Under the pieces are notes generated by a model, which was given only the letters and a program-made list of their open reading frames with translations, was not told the origin of the DNA and ran no database searches. Below, in pieces: positions 53,601-64,000 of a DNA stretch of 64,000 nt (the first letter of the stretch is position 1; each line of letters opens with the position of its first letter). The translations under genes were made by a program, and so were the position numbers. The stretch comes from Phoronis australis (lineage: Eukaryota; Animalia; Phoronida). Location of the stretch: NCBI GenBank assembly GCA_002633005.1, contig NMRA01000166.1, positions 558,001-622,000 on the forward strand, read 5' to 3'.

Positions 53601-56440
53601 GCAAGAACGGTCTTGGATGTTGAACCTGTTGTACCATGGACTGCGCGAGACTGCTGATTATCACATTTATCAGAAGAGATTCATCTTCAAGCTTCTCATG
53701 TCTTTCTTCGATTGCCATGCATGTGATGATTTCAACCAGGTGATTTGATCAGGAGACTATTATCAGCCATGTTTGCTTTGCCTCTTTGTGTCCTTAGAGA
53801 AAGGTTTACTACTGTTCACGCCTCTTGTTACATTGCATGACACTTAATCATTTGAAATCTTAAAAAAAAAAACTGTTCTAACTCGACTCTAACCTGGGAT
53901 ATCCTGCAATCCACTCTAGACCACTGGGTTATCATGACCATCAGTTGATCACAGAAATCTAATTAGATGCAATGAAAAATATCTTACCTACGCTCAAAAA
54001 TGAAAATACCACATCTTGGTCACATCACGTGACCTATAATCAATGCCAGTTTGGTGCATTTAGAGATTAATACTTGCTCTAACTATATCAATATAAAACA
54101 GCGCATTCATATGCAATCAAAATTTCTGTATTACTTAAAATGTGAATGGTAATCATTTATGGTGTACTTTCTTTTGTGCACTCGTGACAGTTTCCAATCT
54201 CAGTCAGTGTCGCTTAGTTTTTGGTAATGACAAGTGTTTTGTTTACAGGCTTAAAGAAAATGATAATCAATTTTTATTTGAAATTTTCAGGTTCAGATAC
54301 TACAGATTATTAACAGAGCCTGCAGTATCAGAACAGTTGCCTATGACCTTGTGAGGAACCGTGGAATTGTTAGCTGGATTGCTGGTACTGTCCACAACAG
54401 GCAAGTGAAAATAAGAGTTCTGCTTGGCTTTATGGACTTCTGTGTGAAACTTGCAATTTGCATACTTTTTATGTCAAGTTAAGGTGTGCCATGTATATTC
54501 TCACTTTTGATATTATGTTCTATTTGGACTTATTCCCTGTGTACTTTTTGTTATTCTAGGTCAAGACACACACAGACATTATCATGCGTTATCAAGTGTC
54601 TACACACACTTTGGTTGTCAATACTTGGCAATGAACTCCAAGCGATCCACTCACCAGGTTTAGAGAAGCAAAAGTGTCTTCCCGTCACTTTTATTAACCA
54701 ATTCCTGCTGACTGTTCTTTCTATGCTGCAGACACCTCATGTTTGGTAAGTGTCTTCCAGGTATATGTAGTCCCATCGTTTTAGCCAGTCTCTGTTTTTG
54801 TTCAATTTGTATAAAACTCTTCAATCTTTGTGTTCTTTTTTATGGTCTCAGAAAGCATTCTGCATTTTGGGTTCAGTGGTAACATAAATCTCATTATAAA
54901 ATGTTGGCATATCTGAGCAGCACTTGGCGTGCTGAAAATGGTGATATAAGAATGTTGGGCATATGGTTTGAACATTGTCTAGACTTTGGTCATTGTACCT
55001 TCAGTGTGGTCCAATACAAGAATACCTTCTGAATCATTATGGCAGAAAAATTACCAGAGCTGAGATTTTTGAGCACCTTTGAAATGTTGAGAGTGATGTT
55101 TCATGACTGAAGTTATTAGAATCATTGATCATTAAATTTGAGAGCCTGAGTCTGAACTGTCAAGACACATCCTCAAAGTGCATGTTTGATCTCTTGTGCT
55201 TGTACTCTGCAAGTTTAATTTTTCATTCCTTTCTATAAGTTTTCGCACCAGTTGTTTTAGGTTAAATTGTGACAATGATGGATATTCAAGTTGGAAGATT
55301 TAGGATTAAACGTGCATTTTTGTTCTCTTCATTTTTTGTAATGAATATCGGAGAGTTGTTGCATTGTGTGCCTATGCACGATTATGTGTCTTTTGGAGTG
55401 TATGAGAAAATTCTGAGAAAGGTAGAATCCACTAACATCAGTATTAGTGTTTAATATCATTTGCTCAAAAGAAAACTAACATTATCGTGAAGGCATTCAA
55501 CATGTAGTTTGTTACATGATGTCAAATTTCCATGCTTTTCATCTTTGTTCACAGGAACGCGCTGGACAGTTATGGACTGAAGCTTTATCTGGGAATCTTG
55601 GATTCTGTTCTCAGCCACCAGATAGCAGCCCAATCTCAGTATGCCGCCAACAACTACAGCGTACTAATTGTGAACATCTGCACAACTCATGCCATACTCA
55701 TCCTGCGCAGGCTTGCTGTGATCAGTAAAAATCATGACCTATTATCAGCGGTTGACCCTGTTGCCAGGCAATGTGGTGTACAGTTATATGACCCAGTGTA
55801 CACTGACAATAGGGAATTCACTAAGACAGATGGTTATATTCTTGATTTGACTAACGGTGATGGGGTGGATTTTCCAGAATCTCTGTTGCAGTGCAACAGA
55901 CTTGTTCTGAATGTGCTGCTCCACTGGGTTCCTTCTAAAGGTATAAGCTGCTTCAGCAGAATTAGTGGAGATGATCTATTGGACAAGGACGTTGGAAGGA
56001 ACTCTGCAATCTGTGGTAAATCAGATATCGCTGTTGAAGTGCTTTTGATGCATTGGGTTCTTCAGCAGAAGGATTTGGGCATTGGTAACATTGGCAGGGT
56101 TATCAATTGGAGCCTTAAGGTGCTGCAGCATTCATCTGGCATTTGTGAATATCTCATGTCAAAAACCAGCACAGCATCTTTCATTGTGTCCAGGCTGCTT
56201 ATGTTTTATGATCATTTGTATGCAGAAGCTGATGGAGCAGTTGATGGTATTTTGCCTTCGATTGTTCAGTTAAATAACGTGTTCTTTTGCATATTGAGTG
56301 CTGGTTTAAGCAATAGTGGGGAAAACATGGCAGTGACGAACTCGGTTGATCCTGTCATTCTTGATGACACTACTAGGATGATTGCTGATGGGGAAATCCT
56401 AAAAGCTTCGGCAGTGTTACGAAAACTGTGGATTAAGTGA
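8606..56440 (+). CDS. URB1: Nucleolar pre-ribosomal-associated protein 1 (URB1/NPA1), 31 coding exons, ~2037 aa
   Basis: Exons: 8606-8744, 11317-11456, 13240-13405, 15559-15680, 16428-16524, 16961-17043, 20674-20817, 21239-21360, 22642-22837, 23796-23936, 25453-25611, 25895-25964, 26183-26403, 27480-27581, 28132-28339, 28947-29066, 29750-29889, 30625-30828, 31329-32244, 33662-33888, 34570-34652, 34990-35159, 35727-35837, 37521-37584, 39740-39999, 48695-48970, 50514-50620, 53596-53739, 54291-54400, 54560-54745, 55555-56440. Sum 6114 nt, in frame, phases consistent. URB1-like motifs: ECILIRTADDL, LLSSMVAQG, DVRTCLLHFIMSFL, HNFLLEVCCSHKFGITF, LVADLATQILRACPD (Npa1 N-terminal region); LLGSYSATL, YDPCFMLPLF, CRKFIESNCLG, HLEGA, VPEFYKLFNSS (NopRA1 C-terminal region). 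The middle exons are less conserved and an extra small exon could have been missed. Confidence 0.93.
8975..9125 (+). repeat. Isolated monomer fragment of the HINE family
   Basis: GATTTTGAAAATTGGCG...TCTCAGTGTGAAGAGG...GCCTCCTAGTGG...GCTGTATCTCCT resembles the reverse complement of ~6056-6180 and 46220-46310. Confidence 0.6.
12724..12898. repeat. Minisatellite, 7 x 25 bp
   Basis: Unit ATTTATTGGTCAATAC(A/G)TGCCATGT. Confidence 0.95.
13594..13653. repeat. Imperfect (TAC/TGC)n trinucleotide microsatellite
   Basis: TATTACTACTACTACTGCTACTACTGCCGCTACTAC... Confidence 0.8.
17461..18279 (+). mobile_element. PIF/Harbinger-type MITE, copy 1
   Basis: TIRs GAGCTGTTCCAGTAAAATC / GATTTTGCTGAAACAGCCC; 3-bp TSD TTA on both sides. 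Confidence 0.85.
18884..20272 (+). mobile_element. HINE/DINE-1-like element, same family as 5720-7217, interior in assembly gap
   Basis: 5' end TTTTTTATGCGCCCACATATTTATATGTGGACGCATTATGCCGTCATCTCT(GTCC)n matches the reverse complement of ~7130-7217. 3' end is GTGGGCGCATTTCAACGCTCCGCGTTGCTCTTGT. The gap at 19212-20023 probably reflects the collapsed tandem core. Confidence 0.75.
19212..20023. other. Assembly gap (N run); further gaps at ~59326-59625 and ~61528-61594
   Basis: Runs of n; the ORFs spanning them are artefacts. Confidence 0.99.
22481..22611. repeat. Minisatellite, ~6 x 21 bp
   Basis: Unit ACAATGGGATATCAGC(A/G)TACT; ends 30 bp before the URB1 exon 9 acceptor. Confidence 0.95.
22642..22837 (+). 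CDS. URB1: URB1 exon 9
   Basis: ttaccag|GAACATG...ACACAG|gtaagt; NHVLTSILQALPVPTECHLVADLATQILRACPDQLGRYL... Only the 3' half of ORF 22472..22873 is exonic. Confidence 0.9.
24356..24921 (-). mobile_element. PIF/Harbinger-type MITE, copy 2 (opposite orientation, shorter subfamily)
   Basis: TIRs GGGCTGTTCCAGTAAAATCTGT / ACAGATTTTGCTGGAACAGCCC; TSD TAA on both sides. Its left subterminal region is the reverse complement of the right end of copy 1. Confidence 0.85.
31329..32244 (+). CDS. URB1: URB1 exon 19 (large internal exon, 916 nt)
   Basis: ttttgcag|GGCACT...AATG|gtaagg inside ORF 31323..32279; helical HEAT/ARM-like composition; phases match the neighbouring exons. Confidence 0.88.
35440..35650 (+). 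repeat. Degenerate HINE 3' end
   Basis: Ends GTGGATGCATTTCAATGCTCCACATTGCTCTTGT, like the 3' terminus at 20240-20272. Confidence 0.55.
35986..36137. repeat. Minisatellite, ~7 x 22 bp
   Basis: Unit TAAATATATTACATAACACCTG. Confidence 0.92.
37838..37878 (+). repeat. Solo HINE 5' terminal hairpin
   Basis: TTTTATGCACCCACATATTTATTTATATGTGGGCGCATTA is the family's 5' end with no body after it. Confidence 0.55.
38219..39490 (+). mobile_element. PIF/Harbinger-type MITE, copy 3 (longest)
   Basis: TIRs GGGCTGTTCCAGCAAAA / TTTTGCTGGAACAGCCC; TSD TGA on both sides. Colinear with copy 1 plus an extra ~460-bp internal segment. Confidence 0.85.
39740..39999 (+). CDS. URB1: URB1 exon 25
   Basis: PYLWGRKAIDEHFTSKHLGRSL...VYDPCFMLPLFSSLVQP, the conserved URB1 LWG...YDPCF block; canonical splice sites. 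Confidence 0.93.
41389..45735 (-). CDS. GNAT-family N-acetyltransferase with C-terminal YitH/HolE-like second domain (holothin acyltransferase-like), nested antisense in URB1 intron 25; 2 coding exons, ~331 aa
   Basis: Exon 1 45735-45453 (ATG...GTCATAG|gtgaga), exon 2 42101-41389 (ttttacag|GTTGT...TAA); 996 nt, in frame. Acetyl-CoA motif A: FHYVTERYRNQGVGRML. Second-domain features: LVQYDQEIHPMDR, KITGY, IFPWVADDEDTASLLL. The start codon could be further downstream (MTLDR...). Confidence 0.85.
42546..44194 (-). mobile_element. Kolobok-type non-autonomous DNA transposon with THAP-domain remnant, copy A
   Basis: TTAA|AGGAGCATGCCACTC ... GGGTGGCATTCTCCT|TTAA. A TTAA TSD with AG...CT termini fits Kolobok rather than piggyBac (CC...GG). 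ORF 43705..44034 encodes RCIVPACPN...FFRLP...RKWL...LRVC (THAP), with the frame broken before the His ligand. Confidence 0.85.
46185..46310 (+). repeat. HINE family monomer fragment
   Basis: TTTCAAGTCTGTTTTTGGCGTCCACCCCTCTATCAATCAAAC matches the reverse complement of ~6805-6848. Confidence 0.65.
46340..47200 (-). mobile_element. Degraded non-LTR retrotransposon (LINE) ORF2 fragment
   Basis: Minus-strand peptides WFGKECQEYK...NSKKIWSQLK and LPSEWNLEVIVPILKFGNKHQTDYRGITLLQMTGKMF match the pre-RT signature P..W....I.PI.K.G......YR.I.LL....K.F; multiple frameshifts. Confidence 0.8.
48695..48970 (+). CDS. URB1: URB1 exon 26
   Basis: ttccag|CATCA...CCTG|gtaatc; CRKFIESNCLGYVVTCLSSHDEAVRGLARFILTDFHAHLEGA... 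Confidence 0.93.
51214..52774 (+). mobile_element. Kolobok-type THAP element, copy B (inverted relative to copy A)
   Basis: TTAA|AGGAGAATGCCACTC ... GGGTGGCATTCTCCT|TTAA; colinear reverse complement of 42546-44194. Confidence 0.85.
51374..51673 (+). pseudogene. THAP zinc-finger (C2CH) pseudogene within Kolobok copy B
   Basis: VNAAVLRCIVPACPNYEAVKKAAISFF*LPREPEMLRKWLAVMKNERY...HLRVCDRHFVDSDF. The in-frame TGA at 51455-51457 corresponds to CGA (Arg) in copy A; there is no in-frame ATG. Confidence 0.8.
55555..56440 (+). CDS. URB1: URB1 terminal coding exon
   Basis: ttcacag|GAACGCG... to TGA at 56438-56440 (ORF 55532..56440); the phase-2 junction matches the preceding exon end TG|gtaagt at 54745. 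Confidence 0.85.
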
Positions 56441-57678
56441 TGTCATCATTTATTTGGTGTTGATAAGGAAGTCTGATTTTAGTTTCCCTGACGTCAGAGG
56501 GAACAAAGCTTTGACTTGTAATTATATGATGTTTCGCTGTTTATATCTTCAGCATTGGGCGAGTACAAAACTTCATATATTCTCAATTGCCCTTTTCATT
56601 TGCTTTGGACTTATATTGAAAATCTGTGGTGTACCTTTGTTTAAAAGCTTCGGTACCACTGTCTAGGTGGACTTTGGTCAACAGTTGTGGTTATGAAAGA
56701 ACAATCAACGAGCAAAGAAATATATTTCAACAACTTAGACAACAGTCACAATACTTAAAGCTTCTTTTCGCATAAGTAGGCCCCTTATTCTCATGAAATC
56801 AGTCCCATAATATTCCTTACTGTTTTAGTTTCCAACAAGAATGTGGTAACCATCAACAACTAAAGAAAGCACTTTGGAGTTTATTCAGGTTGACCTACCC
56901 TAAAATTGCCTGTGGCTTAAGTTGCTGCCTCATTCGGCACCAGTTTAAAGCTGGATGAATGTTGTAATATTTTAACCCCCAAACCGTTTTGGTTAAGAAT
57001 TCATCAGTGGCAGCTGGACAGCAGTGAAACGCAGCTTTAAGTACCATTAATATGTCATTACAAATGTTGACAAGAACTTCATTTGTGTACAACATTAAAA
57101 TAACTACATGTAAATGTATCTCTCCATTCTTGGCTTGTTGCACTGCTTTTCCATTAAAGTTGTGCTCGTGATGTGCTGGAGTCTTCTGTGCTCTTCATTG
57201 TCTGTAGCTAAAGAGGATGGTTGGACTGCAGTCTGTGGGCAGTTTTCTCATTTCCTCAGTGTGTACATAAGACTTTGGTGGGCGAGGCACTGAAATTGTT
57301 ACAATCATTCCAATCTTTAGATTTATGAGCAGTTTTTGTGATTACTCAGTGTGTAAAATTGATTGTTACAAAGTGATGTTTTTGAGCTCAAATTCTGAGA
57401 GGCACAAAGAATGAAAAAGAAATAAGCCTAATATTTGAAGGCATGTCAAATTTACATTGTAAGTGGTGAGTTTCAAAGACCAGGCATCAACTGGTTTTGT
57501 TGAAGTCACGTTTCATGAATCAAGACTTTGAGATGCAGAAAGACCAGTCCAAATACGGTACCAGGGACACCTTTTAAACCTTCCATTTGCCATCCCCAGA
57601 TTACCATATCCATCCTGGGTGCATCACATGTTGATGAACACAGCTGGGAAAGTATCCTAAACTTAACCACACAAAACG

Positions 57679-57857
57679 TTACCGAGGCTTCTTCTTCGAA
57701 CTTCCCGTATGCAGGAGTTGAGAGACAGGTCGCAGTTTTGAACTCTTTTTCAACCTAGCATCGATTGCGCGCGATTCCTTGCGAAACTTTTTATGCTGCT
57801 GTGAGACCTTTTCTTTCAGCTTCAACTTGCTAAATCTTAAATCTGGCTGAATACGAC
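57679..57857 (-). CDS. Possible terminal coding exon of an unidentified minus-strand gene (basic, Lys/Arg-rich)
   Basis: tcttctcag|GTCGT... open to TAA: GRIQPDLRFSKLKLKEKVSQQHKKFRKESRAIDARLKKSSKLRPVSQLLHTGSSKKKPR. I could not join upstream exons convincingly. Confidence 0.3.
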
Positions 57858-60800
57858 CTGAGAAGAGCACATACAAATCCAAACATAAACAACTGGTTTG
57901 GTTAGAATGGGTGCCTAACGGTTTTGCTACACCTTTTAGCAAAACCGCAAGCGGATTTAAATTGAAATAACTTAAGTCTATGGATATCAAAATTATGGAA
58001 AGAAAGAAATGTTGATATCTACTTGGCTCACGTCATTTGATGTGTTGCAGCATAATACTCATTTCTGTGATAAAACAATCGAATCTTCTATACTAAATCT
58101 CTCAAAAAGTTTGATTTAACATCGATTGACCAAAAAGTAGCACATTACATCTATTAAGATGAATACATTAGTGCTCAAATCTAAATGGAGCAGCATATGT
58201 GTCTTGGGGACTGTAATGTTAAAATTGGCATCAAGCCGAAACTTTAAAAATTAACAGTTTTCATCATTTGCAACAAAGAAATGAAAATGCCACAAAAAGA
58301 CGCGCCATTAACCACCCACAAATTAGCTACTTCTTTTCTTAAAAGGATATTATACCCTGTTTTGATGACTTCAACCAATGCTCGTTCAGTCACTTGCTAG
58401 TGGCATCAGTCTTGAACGATGGAAGCAGGAATCGACTGAAAAGTTATACTCCCTTTGTCATAGATTGGATATGGTTCTTGGTGGGTGGCGCTTGCCCGCT
58501 TGACAGGCTTTGGGGGTTGTCGGGGATTACAGAGCATTATTTGGTATCTGAGAAACGGATGGAAAAGTCGTTTTTAATATCTGTTAATAGGCCAGAGCCC
58601 GTTTTGGTATCCTGTTAAAGAACAGTCATAAGTTTTGGTAGACACAAAATGACAACGTCACAACGCCTCGTTGGAATCTACTCAAAACTGGTAAACGCCG
58701 TACAGGCCCGTAGCCAGCATTGGGCGGGAGGTGGTTCGAATTCTGGAAAGGTGGACCTTTTGCTTGCGTCAACACTCGAGTTCTTGGTAAGGCGCTTGAC
58801 GCAGGTTAATTGACCTATCGCCAGGATTTTGAGTGACGGCTTAACTGACCATTCAGAACGCTTCATATTATCGACTCACCTTCGTTTCCAAACCACCATT
58901 TTACCCGACAAAAAGCACGTTGCTGGGTACAACTTATTGTTTGTTAGTCGACATTACGCAAGGGGGCGGAGCTTGCGATAGGTCAATTATGGGGAAGGGA
59001 TCTGTATCCACGGCAACGATGGTTTTCAGCTATATGTTCCTGAGATAAGACGGAATTTGTAAAACCAGAAATGAGGATGTCGTGACGGTTGCTCGCAAAC
59101 AACAGGAATCAAATTCGGACGTACTGTGATCCATAAATCAGGGGCGGATCCAGGATTTTGAGTTAGGGAGGCCCAGGTCACAGGAATAATCAGAATTTTG
59201 GTAGATGCGCGCGCCCAGCTTAAAGTGTGGGGATGCAAGGGTCTCGAATGTTTGGGTTCGCGGTGCTGTTGACAAAAAAGACGGTAACGGGGTTATTCAG
59301 GGCCTATCCATTGTTTATTCACCCTNNNNNNNNNNNNNNNNNNNNNNNNNNNNNNNNNNNNNNNNNNNNNNNNNNNNNNNNNNNNNNNNNNNNNNNNNNN
59401 NNNNNNNNNNNNNNNNNNNNNNNNNNNNNNNNNNNNNNNNNNNNNNNNNNNNNNNNNNNNNNNNNNNNNNNNNNNNNNNNNNNNNNNNNNNNNNNNNNNN
59501 NNNNNNNNNNNNNNNNNNNNNNNNNNNNNNNNNNNNNNNNNNNNNNNNNNNNNNNNNNNNNNNNNNNNNNNNNNNNNNNNNNNNNNNNNNNNNNNNNNNN
59601 NNNNNNNNNNNNNNNNNNNNNNNNNAATACGCTTTCAATCACCACCCTTCCTTCTGAGCGGCTTTCACCAGGATCAAAGAGAGTGTGGCGCCCGTGTCGG
59701 ATATGGTTGTGTTGACCGCATTGTCCTGCGCGAGCAAGACCCAATTAAGAGTAATTACCTGACCATAAACTGTCGTAAGCATCACTGCCTGTACATACTG
59801 GCGAATTTTCAAAATGCATTAATAACTAATTTTTGTTAAAAAAGAATACCTCGCCGGTATTCAGCTGGAAAAAAACAACCAAGTAAGGTTTTGGATTTTC
59901 AAAAATCGATGAACTTAAAAAGCTAAAAACTACAAACATTGGGTCATTGGGTACGACCAAGCGCATCGATACAATCGGGGAACTTACAAACCGTTCTGAT
60001 CAGAGTTAACAATATATCACATGGATTATTCTTTTAATATTCTTTCGATCTCGTTTAACCACATTTTGACTAGGAAACAGTTGTATTTAACTTGTCCCCA
60101 TGACTTCCTAAATAGTTGTAACTTGTGCCCACTCTATATTTTTATGGCTGACAAAAAGCTAGAATAGTTATATGGTTAGTGTAACCGAAATCGTCCAGAG
60201 AATCCAAATCTTCAGTTTGTCTATCACAATTTGCACTTTTGTATATATTTTATGATTTGAGTTTTAATAAAGATTAAACTTGAACTAATGACCCGTGTGG
60301 TTTTTGTTCGCTGTGAAATGTTTAATGTAGCTGTAAGCTGGAAAGTTCAGTTATGAGCTAAACTAATTAAGTTTCGCTGGCGATCAAATCTACTACTGTT
60401 TTTTGGTACTTCAAGTTTAAAAATAAAGTAAAAAGGTATCACCCCGTTCCTGGTAAGAAAAAACAACATAAGTATTAAAATGAAATAACAAAAACCGGTA
60501 TGAAACATATTTAAAACCATCGTTCCTTTGGGAAGTTGTCCATGGTCAAGATAAACACAAATTAACTTATGTCCTCATTTTGTAATATTTAAAATGTACC
60601 AAGTTAAAACTGCTCTCTACAGTTGAAGGCGGTAACTTTGTGCAAATGTCATAGAAAACCAATTTGGGTGTACTAACAACCATCATTTTTGAGACAGTAG
60701 TGTTAGCTATTACCTTTCGACTTCATTAGCTCAGATCTACGTCGATACAAAGGGCGAGCTGAATAGGCATCATAAAAGTTGTCTGGGGCTAAGGAAATCT

Positions 60801-63741
60801 GAACGGTGACCGATTTAATCGAGAAGTTCTCCACATGGCGTTAGGTCTAGGTACTGCCAAACTTTCGAATCGGGCTTTTTTAACTGAGTGATTACACCTC
60901 ATTACATACTCCGATGGAAATGTTTAGTCAGAGAATGGCTTGACGTAATTTTTCATCTGATAGTATTTTGTTAAAAGTCGCTTACATCACTGGAAATGGG
61001 AACTGTCCCACTATTCCGGAAACGCACACGTGTACACGCATGCATGTCATTTAATCCACCAACCCACAATCGAATTGGACACTGGATGAAAAACTTACCT
61101 GTGTTTGATGAGCACTTTCGATTCCAAATTTGAAAACGCCTGCTCTTTACCGTACTATGCTAGCAAGCAATATCAGATAACAAACCTATTTTCTGCTGTT
61201 TTGTTTCTTCACATCCACTAAAACAAGAAACTCTAGGAACACCGCATTTATCCACCTTCACTCTTATCAGGCTTCTATTGTGAGTCAGCATGCGTGAATA
61301 ATTGGCTGATAAGCCACCTCTGGAACTACTTTGGGCTGAATGGATGACCAGGCCATAAAATGATAATTAGCCAAGACCAGTTACTATAATGCAACAAAGA
61401 ACAAGTAATAATGTCTTGCATCACCTAGCCTTGGTGGAAAGCTGTATACTGTATTGGCTCAAACAAACGCTTAGAAAAATTCATTTCACGGGGAGGGGAC
61501 GCTTATTGTAGTGAGCCTACGGCAGTTNNNNNNNNNNNNNNNNNNNNNNNNNNNNNNNNNNNNNNNNNNNNNNNNNNNNNNNNNNNNNNNNNNNTCATAT
61601 CCGCATGAGCGAAGTCAATTATCCTCGCTCGTGACTCGATGAATAGAGCAGCTTGGCGGCATCCCTTTGAGCATGAGCCGAGCGCGTCTCAGCCAAGGTG
61701 GATAAATACGGTCTAGTTCAATTTTCCATACCCCGCCGTTTACCTTAAACACCGCGGTTAGAACCAATTTTATTTAGTGGGAATGTTCATAGCATGTTGG
61801 TCCGATTTTAATGCATTCACACAGCACGGTGACTTTTTGGGAGCTCTCTCGCTGCTGTATAGCTTAGCTAGGTATAGACATTTACTTCTAGACTCCCTCG
61901 TTTCCCTACGGTGTAACCACCACGCCTGTTCAGTGCTCATGAGAAACATAAAGCCTCCTCTAATCGTGTGCACGATCCTATCATCTACGCAAATACCACT
62001 CGGTTCGACCCGATGATTACGTGAAGCGCTTTGAATCGACGCAAATTCAAAATTATTACTAACTTAGTTATCGTTGTAGTTAGTAGTACCAGTAGCTGCA
62101 ACAATTTTGTTGTTGTCCATCTGTAACCTATCTTCAACGGACAGCTGGGGCTGGACCTTTTCCGCGGAGGGGGGGGTTCGTTCGAACCCCTCGAACCCTC
62201 CCCCCCCACTCCTGGCTACGGGCCTGCTATATCATCTCCAATATGGAACTCATTTTTCCTATAAGGGTATTGCAGCAGTCATATCCGCCTTTAAATCGAC
62301 TGGTAGCAGCGCAGTTGCCGCCACGATATACCTTAGTGACAAAGTTCACGTAAATACGTCAATCACTTTTCAGATATGAGACATGCTTTTTCCAAAAATG
62401 ACAACTCAAAACGTGCCTTGTCAAAACCAAAATGACCACTGAAGAGGTCGAACTTGCTCACACATCGAATTCTGTCTGAGAATTGCCATCACTTGCCCCT
62501 CTGTTTAAGTCCGTAATTGAAATATGTCAATTCGGAAATGCTTTTTCACCCAAAAGCACTAAAAGGGCCCTTTTTGTCGAGATCCGGCAAAACACCCACT
62601 AGGGGTTGCTGCATTGGTTGAAGTTGGCTGGTGCCGGAACTTTGTCGTCACATGAGTTTGTGTCCGCTGAAATCCATGGATTGGTTCTAAAGAAATTGTC
62701 CGGAAACGTTTTCCGCCTGATATATGTGACTGATAAATCCTCAATTGAAGAGACCAAAAAGTCACTACGGTTGCCGCATGGTCGAATCCACCAGGGAAAG
62801 TCGACGGGTGCCGGGCATTGGCGTCACATACCTCAGTCTGTCAACTAAATTTCATTGAAATCCGTCCATCGTTCTCTACGCCTGGTATCATCCGGTAAAG
62901 CTCTTCCTCAGAAACACTGAAAAGCCCCGCCACTCTGTACATCCCTAGCCAAATTTGTGCCTATTTAATTACTCGCACTGAGCAGCAATTGACAATGTAT
63001 GTACGTCAGCCAGAATTAACACACATGATCATCTGTTTTTTAGTATCGTATTTTTGGTGCCTCGTGGCACATATCTCTCGCAAACAAAAAACGTTTGCTG
63101 AACTCTCTGGCAGAAAATCAGGAAATAGTGTTTTAACTATGTCGCAGAAACTTGAAAAAAGTCGGCTGTAGCTGACGAGGCCTTGCTTGAATTTCTCATG
63201 TAGCAGTAATGATTAGTAATTTTAAAATTAAAGTTTTATAAAAAATGTTATCATGTGGGCTCTTTGTTCTTTTGTGATAATTTTGCCCTACCCACATCCT
63301 TTTTTTTTTCTTTGTACTGTTGTCCAGTTTTACTAGCTGGGAATTTCGCGTCTCAATACTCACCGGCATTCCTTCCTATTTACATCTAGTTCAACCCGTT
63401 TTAACAGTTACGTATTTGATGATCACGAAACAGAATTGCCTGTGAAAAGGCATTTTTTTCATGGTAGTAGGGCAAATTCAAAATGAAACGAGTAACAGGA
63501 TTTATGTTCGACACCTGGACTCGACAAAAATCGTGCGTAGCAAGCTCGTTTCCAGATATGAAAAGGGGACGCCGGGAGGGTTGGCGCAAATAGGTCGTTT
63601 AATATGACTAAAACAGTAGTACAAAACAATGTAGAAGAATATATATATAATAGTAAAATAATATGTCTGGAAAGATTGCCAACTAAAAAGCTTTGGGCGA
63701 GTTCATCCAGATCAGTCTTGGTAAGTGGCACAATGCAAGCT

Positions 63742-63978
63742 CAGTGGCAGATCTACGTTTTTAGTATGGGGGCTTAGGATTCGAGCGAATCCGAGGCGCG
63801 TAGCGCCGAGCGGAAAGAAGGTCGGGAGGGGGTTTCCCCACCTCCTGTGTAAGATGTTTTTGTGGTTTATAGTAGCTGATTTCGTTTTTCTGGCGAAATT
63901 TTTTTCAATTTTTATTTTTGATCCTGTCCGAGGAAGGGGGGGTTGAACCCCCTGAACCCCTCTGTAGATCCGCCTCTG
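63742..63978. mobile_element. Short MITE (237 bp)
   Basis: TIRs CAGTGGCAGATCTAC / GTAGATCCGCCTCTG flanked by the direct repeat CAAGCT on both sides. Confidence 0.8.
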
Positions 63979-64000
63979 CAAGCTAGAGAAATCCGTCAGC

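Overview
Eukaryotic (metazoan, AT-rich, intron-rich, probably a marine invertebrate) genomic DNA with three assembly gaps; most ORFs in the track are spurious or are single exons. By hand-splicing I reconstruct three genes. (1) CHMP1B-like ESCRT-III gene, minus strand: 6 coding exons from 8153 down to 327, with the last exon off the left edge. (2) URB1/NPA1 nucleolar pre-ribosomal protein gene, plus strand: 31 coding exons from 8606 to 56440, about 2037 aa, with one GC-AG intron. It is head-to-head with CHMP1B across a 452-bp bidirectional promoter. (3) A two-exon GNAT/YitH-type acetyltransferase nested antisense in URB1 intron 25. The introns hold two inverted Kolobok-type THAP-domain elements (TTAA TSD), three PIF/Harbinger MITEs (3-bp TSDs), Helentron/DINE-1-like (HINE) elements, a LINE remnant and minisatellites. 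Most unusual observations: HINE elements built of ~150-bp monomers that each carry a CTCF-like motif and sit convergently around the shared promoter; a homologous ~170-bp element at the start of intron 1 of both divergent genes; and the inverted Kolobok pair bracketing URB1 exons 26-27.
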